A stretch of DNA of 50,574 bases from a virus (taxonomy: Duplodnaviria > Caudoviricetes). The stretch is from IMG/VR virus record IMGVR_UViG_3300032318_001408, positions 1 through 50,574 of that record; one strand, 5' to 3'. Made by a program: the position numbers and the translations under genes. This document shows positions 29,413 through 38,513 of this stretch, one piece after another; position 1 is the first letter of the stretch; the number at the start of each line of letters is the position of its first letter. The notes below the pieces were generated by a model. The model did no database searches, had not been told where the DNA came from, and saw only the letters and a list, made by a program, of their open reading frames with translations.

Positions 29413-29437
29413 AAAGTCACGTACCCGTGACTTTTTT
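29413..29437 (+). terminator. terminator-like hairpin
   Basis: AAAGTCACG-TACC-CGTGACTTT followed by TTT. Confidence 0.65.
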
Positions 29438-29454
29438 ACGTATTAAGGTAGACA

Positions 29455-30255
29455 ATGAGCAACGATTTAAAATGGATGATTTCATCCGATCAGCAGTTCC
29501 CTTATCAAGATGATAAAATGATTGCCTTGTGGTTTAAAGTCATGAAATGGTTTAAGCCAGACGTTGTTGACTACCTTGGAGATACGGACGATCAAGCTTG
29601 TTATAGTAAGTATACAGAAGGAAAGTCAGCAGAGTTTTTAAACTATCATAAAAATGATAGCAAAGACCTAATTGTTCCAATGATGCGACATGAAGCAAAA
29701 GGAGCAAGAGATTTTTACACTAAGACAAGAGAGATGCTTCCAGATGCACAATTATTTTCAGCGCTAGGAAATCATGACATTAGAGTATTTAATTATGTAG
29801 ACGCAAAGCTTCCAGAGTATATTTCTGAAGTAACACCAGAGTCAATGTGGAGTTTGGATTCATTAGGCTATGAATATATTTATTATAATGAGTTGCCTAA
29901 ACGTCGTTTTGGAGATATTCATGTACACCACGGACTTTCAATTGCAGCAGGCGGAGCAGTAAGAAAAGATATGGAAGATCTACAGATATCATTAATTCGT
30001 GGGCACTCTCATAGGATCGCTTCTCACATGGTAACTTATGAACTTAGAAATAATGGAGAAGGCGAAACACTTCGTGGCTATGAAATTGGTCACATGTGTG
30101 ATGAAAAGAGTGATGGAATGAAATATAGCCAACACCACGATTGGCAAAAGGGATTTGCAGTTGCACATATTGTAAATGATTATCCACATATTCAAATGAT
30201 TCATATTGCACCTGATTATTCATGCGTTGTTGATGGAAAGTTGTTTACTTTATAA
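29455..30255 (+). CDS. calcineurin-like metallophosphoesterase
   Basis: SSDQQ, GDTDD, GNHD, HVHHG, GHSH motifs. Confidence 0.85.
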   Translation: MSNDLKWMISSDQQFPYQDDKMIALWFKVMKWFKPDVVDYLGDTDDQACYSKYTEGKSAEFLNYHKNDSKDLIVPMMRHEAKGARDFYTKTREMLPDAQLFSALGNHDIRVFNYVDAKLPEYISEVTPESMWSLDSLGYEYIYYNELPKRRFGDIHVHHGLSIAAGGAVRKDMEDLQISLIRGHSHRIASHMVTYELRNNGEGETLRGYEIGHMCDEKSDGMKYSQHHDWQKGFAVAHIVNDYPHIQMIHIAPDYSCVVDGKLFTL

Positions 30256-30440
30256 TGTGGTGCGGTAAATGCGGAGGCAGAGTATTTATAGATAGAGTAT
30301 TTTCTCAAAAGTTGCACGTAGAGCTTTTCTGTATAATGTGCGGATGGCGCAAAATGGTTAACAAAGAAACGAGTGCTTTCGGAAGATGGCTAGAAAAAAA
30401 AGAAACAGCAAACTCCAAAAAATACGGTATTTCTTCTTAA
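30255..30440 (+). CDS. small zinc-ribbon protein
   Basis: CGKCGG...CIMCG. Confidence 0.75.
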   Translation: MWCGKCGGRVFIDRVFSQKLHVELFCIMCGWRKMVNKETSAFGRWLEKKETANSKKYGISS

Positions 30441-30868
30441 ACGATAAGATACATAAAGTAATTAAATCATCTAGATCTAAAGATGAATTAGTTGCTTGGT
30501 GCTACCCAGATAAAAAAAGAGTTATGTATTCATATTCACAGGTTGAAAAATATATGGGTAAGGCTTATGGGATGAAAGATGTATCTAGTTTATTGAATAA
30601 GCATACAGTTACCTTACATGATTATATTTTGGAGGGGAAGATTAAAGCTCCCCAAAAGATATACCCTATAGGCGATCCAGATAATAAAAACTGGTCTAAG
30701 TATATGTTTAATGAAAAAGATATATTAGAGTTACATGAGTTTATATTAGATTCAGGACACTCTGGAAATGTTCCTTCAAGAACAGAACTTTTAGGTCTTC
30801 TCAAACACAACATTATATTGTATACTAAGACAGACAGCGGATTCATACCAGTCTGGAAGGCGGAGTAA
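30386..30868 (+). CDS. probable DNA-binding protein with MerR/excisionase-like HTH
   Basis: YGMKDVSSLLNKHTVTLHDYILEGKIKAP...YMFNEKDI. Confidence 0.65.
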   Translation: MARKKRNSKLQKIRYFFLNDKIHKVIKSSRSKDELVAWCYPDKKRVMYSYSQVEKYMGKAYGMKDVSSLLNKHTVTLHDYILEGKIKAPQKIYPIGDPDNKNWSKYMFNEKDILELHEFILDSGHSGNVPSRTELLGLLKHNIILYTKTDSGFIPVWKAE

Positions 30869-30978
30869 TGGCAAGTAATAGGATTGTAATTTGCCCAATT
30901 TGTAGTAAAGAATTAGAAGTCAGATCAGATTTTGCCCACATGACATTATCTAACCATACAAACAAGGAGCATAAATGA
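30868..30978 (+). CDS. 36-aa C2H2-like zinc-finger microprotein (not in ORF track)
   Basis: MASNRIVICPICSKELEVRSDFAHMTLSNHTNKEHK; TAATG and ATGA overlaps on both sides. Confidence 0.7.
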   Translation: MASNRIVICPICSKELEVRSDFAHMTLSNHTNKEHK

Positions 30979-31178
30979 CAACGAGAGTTAAGGTGGACCT
31001 ATCTTTTACAAGAAATTTAGGTAACTACGAAAGCATTAAAATTGGCGTAGGAGTTGAGGATGATCTTCGAGATGGAGAAAATGTAGATACTGCTACTGAA
31101 AGAGTATATAAGTTTGTTGAAGATAAGCTTATTGAAAAGACTCGTGAGGTGGAAGAAGAATTAAAGCGTGGCAAGTGA
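30975..31178 (+). CDS. hypothetical protein
   Basis: 67 aa, AAGGAG SD, TRNLGNYESIKI motif. Confidence 0.75.
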   Translation: MTTRVKVDLSFTRNLGNYESIKIGVGVEDDLRDGENVDTATERVYKFVEDKLIEKTREVEEELKRGK

Positions 31179-31485
31179 GAAAGAGCCTTACGTATTGATT
31201 GGTCTATACCTATCTTTATATAAAGAGAAGTATAACAAGTCACTTACTGTTAATAAGTTTAGAGAAAAATGGGCTATGCACGATGTAATTGAAAGCGTAG
31301 GCTTTGAACGTGCTAAAGAGCTTTTAATATATTATTTTGCTACTAACAAGCAGGGTCATCCATTAAACTTCTTCTATAATAATTTTGACAGAATTGATTC
31401 ATTAAATAAAGAAATTAAGAAAGATAAGATTAACCGAAGCATCCTTTTGGGTGAGACGAAGAAGATGGTGGAGGGCGAAGAGTGA
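31168..31485 (+). CDS. hypothetical protein upstream of helicase
   Basis: 105 aa, GTG start, coupled to helicase. Confidence 0.7.
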   Translation: MASEKEPYVLIGLYLSLYKEKYNKSLTVNKFREKWAMHDVIESVGFERAKELLIYYFATNKQGHPLNFFYNNFDRIDSLNKEIKKDKINRSILLGETKKMVEGEE

Positions 31486-32726
31486 ATACAGAAGCAACAT
31501 TAATCTCTGCTGTGTGCAAGAACAAAGACATCAGCACCCTATTGGCGGACAACGTAGACGAATTATTTACATCCCATAGAGATATTTGGGAAAGCTTAAA
31601 GGGTTATTATTATAAGTTTAAAGCAGTTCCAGAAGTTGGCGTTCTAATTGAAAGACATAAAGACTTTGAGCCAGTAGAAGCAAAGGCTGAAACTGGCTAC
31701 TACTTAGATATGCTTAAGAATGAATTTATTTCAAATAAGCTTAAGTCTATTATTATTAAGGGTGGATCTTCTCTTAAAGAGGATGCTGCCTCAAGAGTGC
31801 TTGCACAAATGCAAAGTGATCTTGCTAGCCTAAGCAGATTTACAAATAACGTTCGTGACTTAGATATTATTGATGTTGAAAATGCTGCACGACATTATGA
31901 AGCAGTAAAGGAGCGCTCATCTGTAATGGGTGGTGCTCCAGGAATTTTGACTGGTTTTAGCGCCATCGATAAGGCATACCCTACTGGAATGGCACCAGGA
32001 CACCTTATCGTGGCCATTGGCTGGCCAGGACGTGGTAAGACATGGTTTACATCCTATCTAGCATGCAAGGCTTGGGAGCAAGGCTTCAAGCCTATGATTG
32101 TATCTCTTGAGATGTCACCAGAGAATATGCGTGATCGTATTTTTACAATGCTTGGTTCAGGAATATTTCGGGCAAGTGATTTGTCAAAAGGAGATATTAA
32201 TATTGATGACTTCCGATCATGGGGTAATAAAAAGTTTGAAGGCAAGAATAGCTTTGTTCTTATATCAAATGAAGGTGCTTCTGAAGTTACTCCCGCAACT
32301 ATTCAAGGAAAGATTGATCAACATAAACCAGACCTAGTTATCTTGGATTACCATCAATTGTTTAATGACAACAAGCGATCAAACTCTGAAGTAGAAAGAA
32401 ATAGAAACGTATCTCGTGAATTTAAAATGCTTGCAGTATCAAATAATATTCCAATTATTGATATCACTGCAGCAACAGCAGACGATGTATCAGATCAAGA
32501 CAATCCGCCAATGATGAGCCAAGTTGCTTGGTCAAAAGCAATTGAATATGATGCTGACATGGCTATGGCCGTTCATAGATACCCACAAACTAATATGATT
32601 GAAATTGTCTCTAGAAAAAATAGACACGGTCATGACTTTAATTTCTATCTGGACTGGGATATCAATCGTGGTATCGTCAAAGAGATTTACGAGAACCCAT
32701 TCCAGAATGACGCACAAAAGAATTAA
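31482..32726 (+). CDS. dnaB: DnaB-like replicative helicase
   Basis: ILTGF..ID, Walker A GWPGRGKT, SLEMS, LVILDY, IEYDAD, KNRHG. Confidence 0.93.
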   Translation: MNTEATLISAVCKNKDISTLLADNVDELFTSHRDIWESLKGYYYKFKAVPEVGVLIERHKDFEPVEAKAETGYYLDMLKNEFISNKLKSIIIKGGSSLKEDAASRVLAQMQSDLASLSRFTNNVRDLDIIDVENAARHYEAVKERSSVMGGAPGILTGFSAIDKAYPTGMAPGHLIVAIGWPGRGKTWFTSYLACKAWEQGFKPMIVSLEMSPENMRDRIFTMLGSGIFRASDLSKGDINIDDFRSWGNKKFEGKNSFVLISNEGASEVTPATIQGKIDQHKPDLVILDYHQLFNDNKRSNSEVERNRNVSREFKMLAVSNNIPIIDITAATADDVSDQDNPPMMSQVAWSKAIEYDADMAMAVHRYPQTNMIEIVSRKNRHGHDFNFYLDWDINRGIVKEIYENPFQNDAQKN

Positions 32727-33006
32727 AAGATTTCAAATTGATGTAGAGTTTCATGATAATATTCAACTTATTAGTCTTAAGCCTCAATATGAAAACTTAC
32801 TTACTCACGATATGAGATCTAAAGGATATGCTAGAGTACTTGACATAGACACAGCATTTTCGGTACAATTTACAGGCGAAACATGGAAGTTCTTAATGAC
32901 ACTTCATGGTGTATACGTAGGAAAGAAGAAGGCATGGCTATCAGAGGGTATAACGCAAGGAAAATTGATTCCACGCAATATGCGCCCAACCATATTAAGT
33001 CAGTAA
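32707..33006 (+). CDS. hypothetical protein
   Basis: Start moved to ATG 32707 (MTHKRIKRF...) to avoid long overlap with helicase. Confidence 0.6.
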   Translation: MTHKRIKRFQIDVEFHDNIQLISLKPQYENLLTHDMRSKGYARVLDIDTAFSVQFTGETWKFLMTLHGVYVGKKKAWLSEGITQGKLIPRNMRPTILSQ

Positions 33007-33929
33007 TTAAATCTCTGGGCTTAGATATTGTGGCGGAACCAGGAAATGAAGTAATGTTTTATTGCCCATTCCATTCGAATAGACACACAGCTTCATGTTG
33101 TATAAATAAGTCTTCAGGAGTATGGTTATGCTTCAACCCCTCATGTGGAGAGTCTGGAACATTAATTGAATTAGTTAGAAGAGTTCTACGTAAAAATGAT
33201 TTTGAAGCAATGAGATTTATTGCTGCAGAAGAGACAGCTATATTAAATAACTTTGATGAAGTAATGGCAGGAATTTTTGAAGATAAACCTGACTTTGAAG
33301 AGTTTCCACAAGAAACATTAGATAAACTTTATAATGATCTTAAAGAAAATAAAGATGGACAATCTTATCTTAATTCTCGTGGCATAAATACATCATCAAT
33401 TGATTATTTTAAATTAGGATATTCATCTAATATGAATATGGTGATTACACCAGTTCATAGTCCAGACGGCACACCAATTGGATTAGTTGGTAGATCAATT
33501 GAGGGTAAGGCTTTTAAGAATAGTACCAACTTGCCTAAGAGCAAAACATTATTTAACGTGCATCGTGCAAAGAGAATTGGCAACCATGTTATTATTGTTG
33601 AGTCTAACTTTGATGCTATTAGAATACACCAGGCGGGATTCCCTAACGTAGTGGCCGTATTAGGTGGAATGTTGTCTACAGAACAACATAAGCTTTTAAA
33701 TAGATATTTTAATAAGATAACTATTATGACAGATTCAGATTTGGCTGGCAGAGAGTTAGGCCTAAGTATAGCCAATAGATTAAAAAATAAAGACCTCTTG
33801 TGGGGTTCTTACGAATATGGTAAGATATACCCACATGATGCAAAAGATGCAGGCGATATGACCGATGAGGAAATTAAAGCTTGTATTGTAAATGCAGTAT
33901 CTGATATAGAATACAGATCCTGGTCTTAA
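32934..33929 (+). CDS. dnaG: DNA primase (Zn finger + TOPRIM)
   Basis: CPFH...CFNPSC zinc finger, VESNFDA, DSDLAG TOPRIM motifs; start uncertain (32883 or 32934). Confidence 0.9.
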   Translation: MAIRGYNARKIDSTQYAPNHIKSVIKSLGLDIVAEPGNEVMFYCPFHSNRHTASCCINKSSGVWLCFNPSCGESGTLIELVRRVLRKNDFEAMRFIAAEETAILNNFDEVMAGIFEDKPDFEEFPQETLDKLYNDLKENKDGQSYLNSRGINTSSIDYFKLGYSSNMNMVITPVHSPDGTPIGLVGRSIEGKAFKNSTNLPKSKTLFNVHRAKRIGNHVIIVESNFDAIRIHQAGFPNVVAVLGGMLSTEQHKLLNRYFNKITIMTDSDLAGRELGLSIANRLKNKDLLWGSYEYGKIYPHDAKDAGDMTDEEIKACIVNAVSDIEYRSWS

Positions 33930-33938
33930 TGCTATAAT
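33930..33938 (+). promoter_or_regulatory. extended -10 promoter TGCTATAAT
   Basis: Exact motif upstream of GATGG/CCATC hairpin and AAGGAG SD. Confidence 0.65.
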
Positions 33939-33986
33939 AGTAATACAGATGGATTTATACCATCAACTACATACAAGGAGAAAAAT

Positions 33987-34655
33987 ATGGGAATCGTTAA
34001 AGGTTTAAAAGGATTAAATCAAGTTATGGACAAGCCGCAAGCTTCAAGCGGCGATGGAACAAAAGGTCGCTGGGTAAAGTTAGAAGATGGCGAGAGCGTT
34101 AAGATTCGCTTTTTGCAAGAGCTAGACCCAGATTCACCAACATACAATGAAAAGTTAGGTCTAGGATTTATTGCCGTAGAGCATACTAATCCAAAAGATT
34201 ATCGTCGCAAGGCTCTATGCTCAATGGATGATCAGGGTAAGTGCTATGGTTGCGAACAACACCGTAAGGACTACAAGGCAGGATGGAAGGGTCGTTCACG
34301 ACTTTACATTAATGTTCTTGTTGACGACGGCAAAGAAGACCCGTACGTTGGAATTCTTTCACAGGGTTCAAGCGGAAAGACAGTAACTCCTACTCTTATT
34401 GAGTATGCAGGCGAAATGGGAAGCATTAGTAATCTAATGTGGCGCATTAAGCGAACTGGCACAAAGACAGATACAAGTTATACAATTATTCCACTTGCTA
34501 AGGATGAAACACCATTCGATTCAAGTTCTCTTGAGCTTTTTAAGCTTGAAGAGACAGCCGTACGTGATATGCCATACACAGAGCAAGAGTCATTCTTTGC
34601 TGGTGAAAATGGTCACGGCGAAGAGTCTTCTGCTTCTAGCAGCGTAGACTGGTAA
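33987..34655 (+). CDS. phage single-stranded DNA-binding protein (gp32-like)
   Basis: WVKLEDGESVKIRFL, C..C..C zinc site, IKRTG...DTSY, acidic tail; between primase and polymerase. Confidence 0.7.
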   Translation: MGIVKGLKGLNQVMDKPQASSGDGTKGRWVKLEDGESVKIRFLQELDPDSPTYNEKLGLGFIAVEHTNPKDYRRKALCSMDDQGKCYGCEQHRKDYKAGWKGRSRLYINVLVDDGKEDPYVGILSQGSSGKTVTPTLIEYAGEMGSISNLMWRIKRTGTKTDTSYTIIPLAKDETPFDSSSLELFKLEETAVRDMPYTEQESFFAGENGHGEESSASSSVDW

Positions 34656-34680
34656 CAGGTTAAAAAGGCGGAGAATTAAG

Positions 34681-37600
34681 TTGAACTTTACACACTTGCA
34701 TGTGCATTCTTTCTATTCATTAATGGATGGGCTTAATTCTCCTGCCGAACTTGTTAAAGCAGCAAAAGAAGCTGGTCAAACAGCAATTGCAATAACAGAT
34801 CACGGAACATTATCTTCACATCGTGAAATGCAAATTGCATGTAAAGATCAGGGCATAAAGCCAATCCTTGGGGTAGAAGCGTACATATCACCAACAGATA
34901 GATTTGATCGCTCTTCTAAAACAGATAAATCAATTCAGGCTTACAATCATATTATCCTGCTTGCAAAAAATAAAAAGGGTCTAGAAAACATTAATACCCT
35001 CCAAGAGTTTGCTTGGAACGAAGGCTTTTATCATAAACCACGTATTGATAGGGAGATTTTAAATGAATACAAAGAAGGTATTATCGTATTGTCTGGATGT
35101 CTTAATGGTCTTATTTCGAAATGCATTGAAAAGGGCGAGTTTAAAGAAGCAAAGATTTTACTACAAGATTTTAAGAAAAATTTTGCTGAGGATTTCTATA
35201 TTGAAGTGCAGTCTCACAATCCCCAAGAAATAAATTCAAAGCTTCTTGAATTAGCAGATGAGCTTAAAATTAAGGCGGTAGCAACAGGAGATGCTCACTT
35301 TGCTAAAGAAGAAGATAGAGTATTAGAAGAGGCTATGCTTATTCTATCAACATCCCCTAAGATGGATAAGGATGCTGACTTTGAAATGTCTAGACAGATT
35401 AAAGACATTAATGAAAGACTAAATTACTTATACCCAGACCGTAGAATATCTTTTCAGGATTATAATCTATTTATACAATCAAGGTCTGAAATTGAGGCTG
35501 ATTTTAATAAGGCTGGAATTACTCGTACTGATATATATGAAAATACAATGGAAATTGCTGATAAAATTAAAGATTACGACTTTAACGTTGGATTAGACCT
35601 GCTCCCAGTACCTAAGACGGATGCTGATGAAAAGTTGGCTCAGATGGCCTCTGAAGGCCTTAAAAAGCTAGGCCTACAAGAGTCTCAGGTATACATTGAC
35701 AGACTTAATGAAGAGTTATCTGTAATTAAAGATAAGTCATTTGCTTCATATTTCTTAGTCGTAGCAGATATGATTAACTGGGCAAAAGAAAATGATATTA
35801 AGGTAGGGCCAGGCCGTGGATCGGCTGCAGGCTCTTTGGTCTGCTATGTGCTTGGAATTACAGATGTAGATCCAATTAAATATGACCTTCTATTCTTTAG
35901 ATTTATTAATCCAGAGAGAAATGACTTTCCTGATATTGATACAGACTTTGAAGACCGCCGTCGTAAAGAAGTAAAGGATTATTTAAAGAAAAAATTTAAG
36001 CATGTTGCATCTATTTCTACATACACTTACTTTAAAGATAAGGGTGTAATTAGAGATGCTGCTCGTGTATTTATGGTTCCGCTTGTAGATGTTAACCGTG
36101 CAATGAAATCTATTGACACATTTGAAGATTTTGTTGAATCTCCAAATACTAAGGAATTTAGAAATAAGTATCCTGAAGTCTTGTGGCTTGCTGATAGACT
36201 ACGTGGAAGAATTAGATCCGTTGGTGTTCACGCAGCAGGTGTTGTTGTAGCAAAAGATGATCTTAGAAAGTACGCACCAGTAGAATCGAGAGCTGATGCA
36301 AGTGATTTAGTTTCAGGAAGAATTCCAGTCGTTGCATACGATATGGATACGGTTGCAGATATAGGTCTTATTAAGCTAGATGCACTAGGTCTTAAGACTT
36401 TATCTGTGATCTCTGACACTCTTGCTTCAATTAAAAAGCGCTCAGGAAAAGACATAAACTTATCTGAGTTAACACTTGACGACCCAGATGTTTACAAGGT
36501 TTTGAGCGAAGGATATACAAAGGGTGTATTTCAAGCGGAAGCAACTCCTTATACCAATTTGCTAATAAAGATGGGTGTAGATAAGTTTGAAGATCTTGCA
36601 GCATCAAATGCTTTGGTTCGTCCAGGGGCAATGAATACTGTAGGTGCTTCTTATATTAAAAGAAAGCACGGAGATGAAGCAGTACAGTTTATTCATCCAA
36701 TCATGAAGCCGTTTACAGAAAATACATACGGAGTTATTATTTATCAAGAACAAGTCATGCAGGCTTGCGTACACCTAGGTGGTATGACTTGGTCAGAAGC
36801 TGACAAGGTTCGTAAAATTATTGGAAAGAAAAAAGATGCAAAAGAATTCGACCAGTTCAAGGATCGCTTTATTGATGGCGCTTCAAAACACATTTCTAAG
36901 AAACAAGCAGAAACCTTATGGCATACTTTCGAGGCTCATGCTGGGTATTCTTTTAACCGTTCCCATGCTGTTGCTTACTCTATGCTCTCTTATTATACTG
37001 CTTGGCTCAAGACTTATTATCCTTTGGAATTTATGTTCTCGATTCTTAAAAACGAAAACGACAAAGACGCCAGAACAGAATATTTAATTGAAGCAAAAAG
37101 ATTAAAGCTAAGTATTAAGCTTCCACACATTAATGAATCTGATGTATTCTTTTCTTTAAAAGGAGACTCAATTAGATTTGGTCTTGGAGAAGTAAAGTTT
37201 ATTTCAGATAGTATTGCAAATAAAATTATTGAACACAGGCCATTTAGTTCTTATTCAGAGTTTATTGATAAAGCTTCTAAAAAGGGAAGTGGAATTAATA
37301 GTCGTGCAATAACAGCTCTTAACTCGATTGGTGCTGCCGCATTTGAAGACAACCCTAGAAATGGTAATGAGAAAGATAATTACTATGAATATTTAGGTAT
37401 ACCTACATTTAACCTAGAAGGAATTCCGCCACGCATTAAGTCTCAAGCAAGGCCAATTGAAGAGTTTGAAGACCTTGGATCATTTGTAATGTTTGGAATG
37501 GTTAAATCAATCAAGCGTGGAAATGGCTGGGCACGTATTGAGTTGGTAGATGAAACTGGCTCGATTGGTTTATTTCATACAGAACAAACTCAAATAGAAA

Positions 37601-37950
37601 CAGGCCAAATGTATTTTATTCTTGTAGGAGATAATAGAATTGCTCGTTATATAAAGGTTAGCGAGATTGATCCAAATGGATCTAATTCATTTGTAGACTA
37701 CTTATATAAAAAGCAGTATGACCTTGAAGAAGATGAGTACATTGTAGTAGATTTTACTCCATACGTAACAAAAGCTGGCAAAACAATGAGTCACATAGTT
37801 CTTTCAAATGCACAAAAAGAATTAACTAGAGCAATTGCTTTTCCTACAATGTATAAGATGTCTTTGGCTAAAATGCGAGAAGGAATGAAATGTAAGGTTG
37901 TTCTATCTACTTTAGACGATGGAACTTTAATGGTAAAGGAAATAAAATGA
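34681..37950 (+). CDS. dnaE: DNA polymerase III alpha subunit (DnaE-like)
   Basis: HLHVHS..SLMDG, ITDHG PHP motifs; GPGRGSAAGSLV, PDIDTDF, HAAGVV, KLDALGL, YSFNRSHA. Confidence 0.96.
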   Translation: MNFTHLHVHSFYSLMDGLNSPAELVKAAKEAGQTAIAITDHGTLSSHREMQIACKDQGIKPILGVEAYISPTDRFDRSSKTDKSIQAYNHIILLAKNKKGLENINTLQEFAWNEGFYHKPRIDREILNEYKEGIIVLSGCLNGLISKCIEKGEFKEAKILLQDFKKNFAEDFYIEVQSHNPQEINSKLLELADELKIKAVATGDAHFAKEEDRVLEEAMLILSTSPKMDKDADFEMSRQIKDINERLNYLYPDRRISFQDYNLFIQSRSEIEADFNKAGITRTDIYENTMEIADKIKDYDFNVGLDLLPVPKTDADEKLAQMASEGLKKLGLQESQVYIDRLNEELSVIKDKSFASYFLVVADMINWAKENDIKVGPGRGSAAGSLVCYVLGITDVDPIKYDLLFFRFINPERNDFPDIDTDFEDRRRKEVKDYLKKKFKHVASISTYTYFKDKGVIRDAARVFMVPLVDVNRAMKSIDTFEDFVESPNTKEFRNKYPEVLWLADRLRGRIRSVGVHAAGVVVAKDDLRKYAPVESRADASDLVSGRIPVVAYDMDTVADIGLIKLDALGLKTLSVISDTLASIKKRSGKDINLSELTLDDPDVYKVLSEGYTKGVFQAEATPYTNLLIKMGVDKFEDLAASNALVRPGAMNTVGASYIKRKHGDEAVQFIHPIMKPFTENTYGVIIYQEQVMQACVHLGGMTWSEADKVRKIIGKKKDAKEFDQFKDRFIDGASKHISKKQAETLWHTFEAHAGYSFNRSHAVAYSMLSYYTAWLKTYYPLEFMFSILKNENDKDARTEYLIEAKRLKLSIKLPHINESDVFFSLKGDSIRFGLGEVKFISDSIANKIIEHRPFSSYSEFIDKASKKGSGINSRAITALNSIGAAAFEDNPRNGNEKDNYYEYLGIPTFNLEGIPPRIKSQARPIEEFEDLGSFVMFGMVKSIKRGNGWARIELVDETGSIGLFHTEQTQIETGQMYFILVGDNRIARYIKVSEIDPNGSNSFVDYLYKKQYDLEEDEYIVVDFTPYVTKAGKTMSHIVLSNAQKELTRAIAFPTMYKMSLAKMREGMKCKVVLSTLDDGTLMVKEIK

Positions 37951-38162
37951 CAGATGATGTAGAAAATTTAGTAACTTCAATTAGCATGAATCAAGTTTTA
38001 GTTGCTATTCTTGAAGAGCACGGACAATTAACCGTACCAACATTAAGGTTTTTAGACGTTAATGTTGATAATAAAGAATTGGTAATAGATTATGACGAGT
38101 CAGGCCCGTCATTTACTTTCAGCTTAAGGGAAAAAGATGCAATCGGATCAGATTCTAACTGA
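37947..38162 (+). CDS. hypothetical protein
   Basis: 71 aa, ATGA overlap. Confidence 0.7.
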   Translation: MTDDVENLVTSISMNQVLVAILEEHGQLTVPTLRFLDVNVDNKELVIDYDESGPSFTFSLREKDAIGSDSN

Positions 38163-38484
38163 GTATGGGCTAGACGCTTTATCTGCAATGCTTCATGAGA
38201 TTGCAATAGAAAAAGGATTTTGGGATGGAGATTATAACCATGACAAGATTGGAAATAAATTAGCTTTAGTGCATTCAGAAGTAACTGAAGTTTTAGAAGC
38301 TATAAGAAAATCAAAGGGAAGCGAAAGCATCGTAGAAGAAATTGCTGATGTAATAATTAGACTACTTGATGTTTATGCTGCAATGAGAAATGAAGAGCAG
38401 GTATTACATAGCCTAGATGAAATTCTAGAAAAGAAAATTAATATAAATAAAGAACGCCAAAGGCTTCACGGGAATTTATTTTAA
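38137..38484 (+). CDS. MazG-like nucleotide pyrophosphohydrolase
   Basis: LVHSEVTEVLEA...EEIADVIIRLLD EExxD motif. Confidence 0.85.
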   Translation: MQSDQILTEYGLDALSAMLHEIAIEKGFWDGDYNHDKIGNKLALVHSEVTEVLEAIRKSKGSESIVEEIADVIIRLLDVYAAMRNEEQVLHSLDEILEKKININKERQRLHGNLF

Positions 38485-38493
38485 TGCTATACT
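38485..38493 (+). promoter_or_regulatory. extended -10 promoter TGCTATACT
   Basis: Upstream of recA-like gene. Confidence 0.55.
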
Positions 38494-38513
38494 ATGGTAA
38501 AGAAAGAGTTTAA

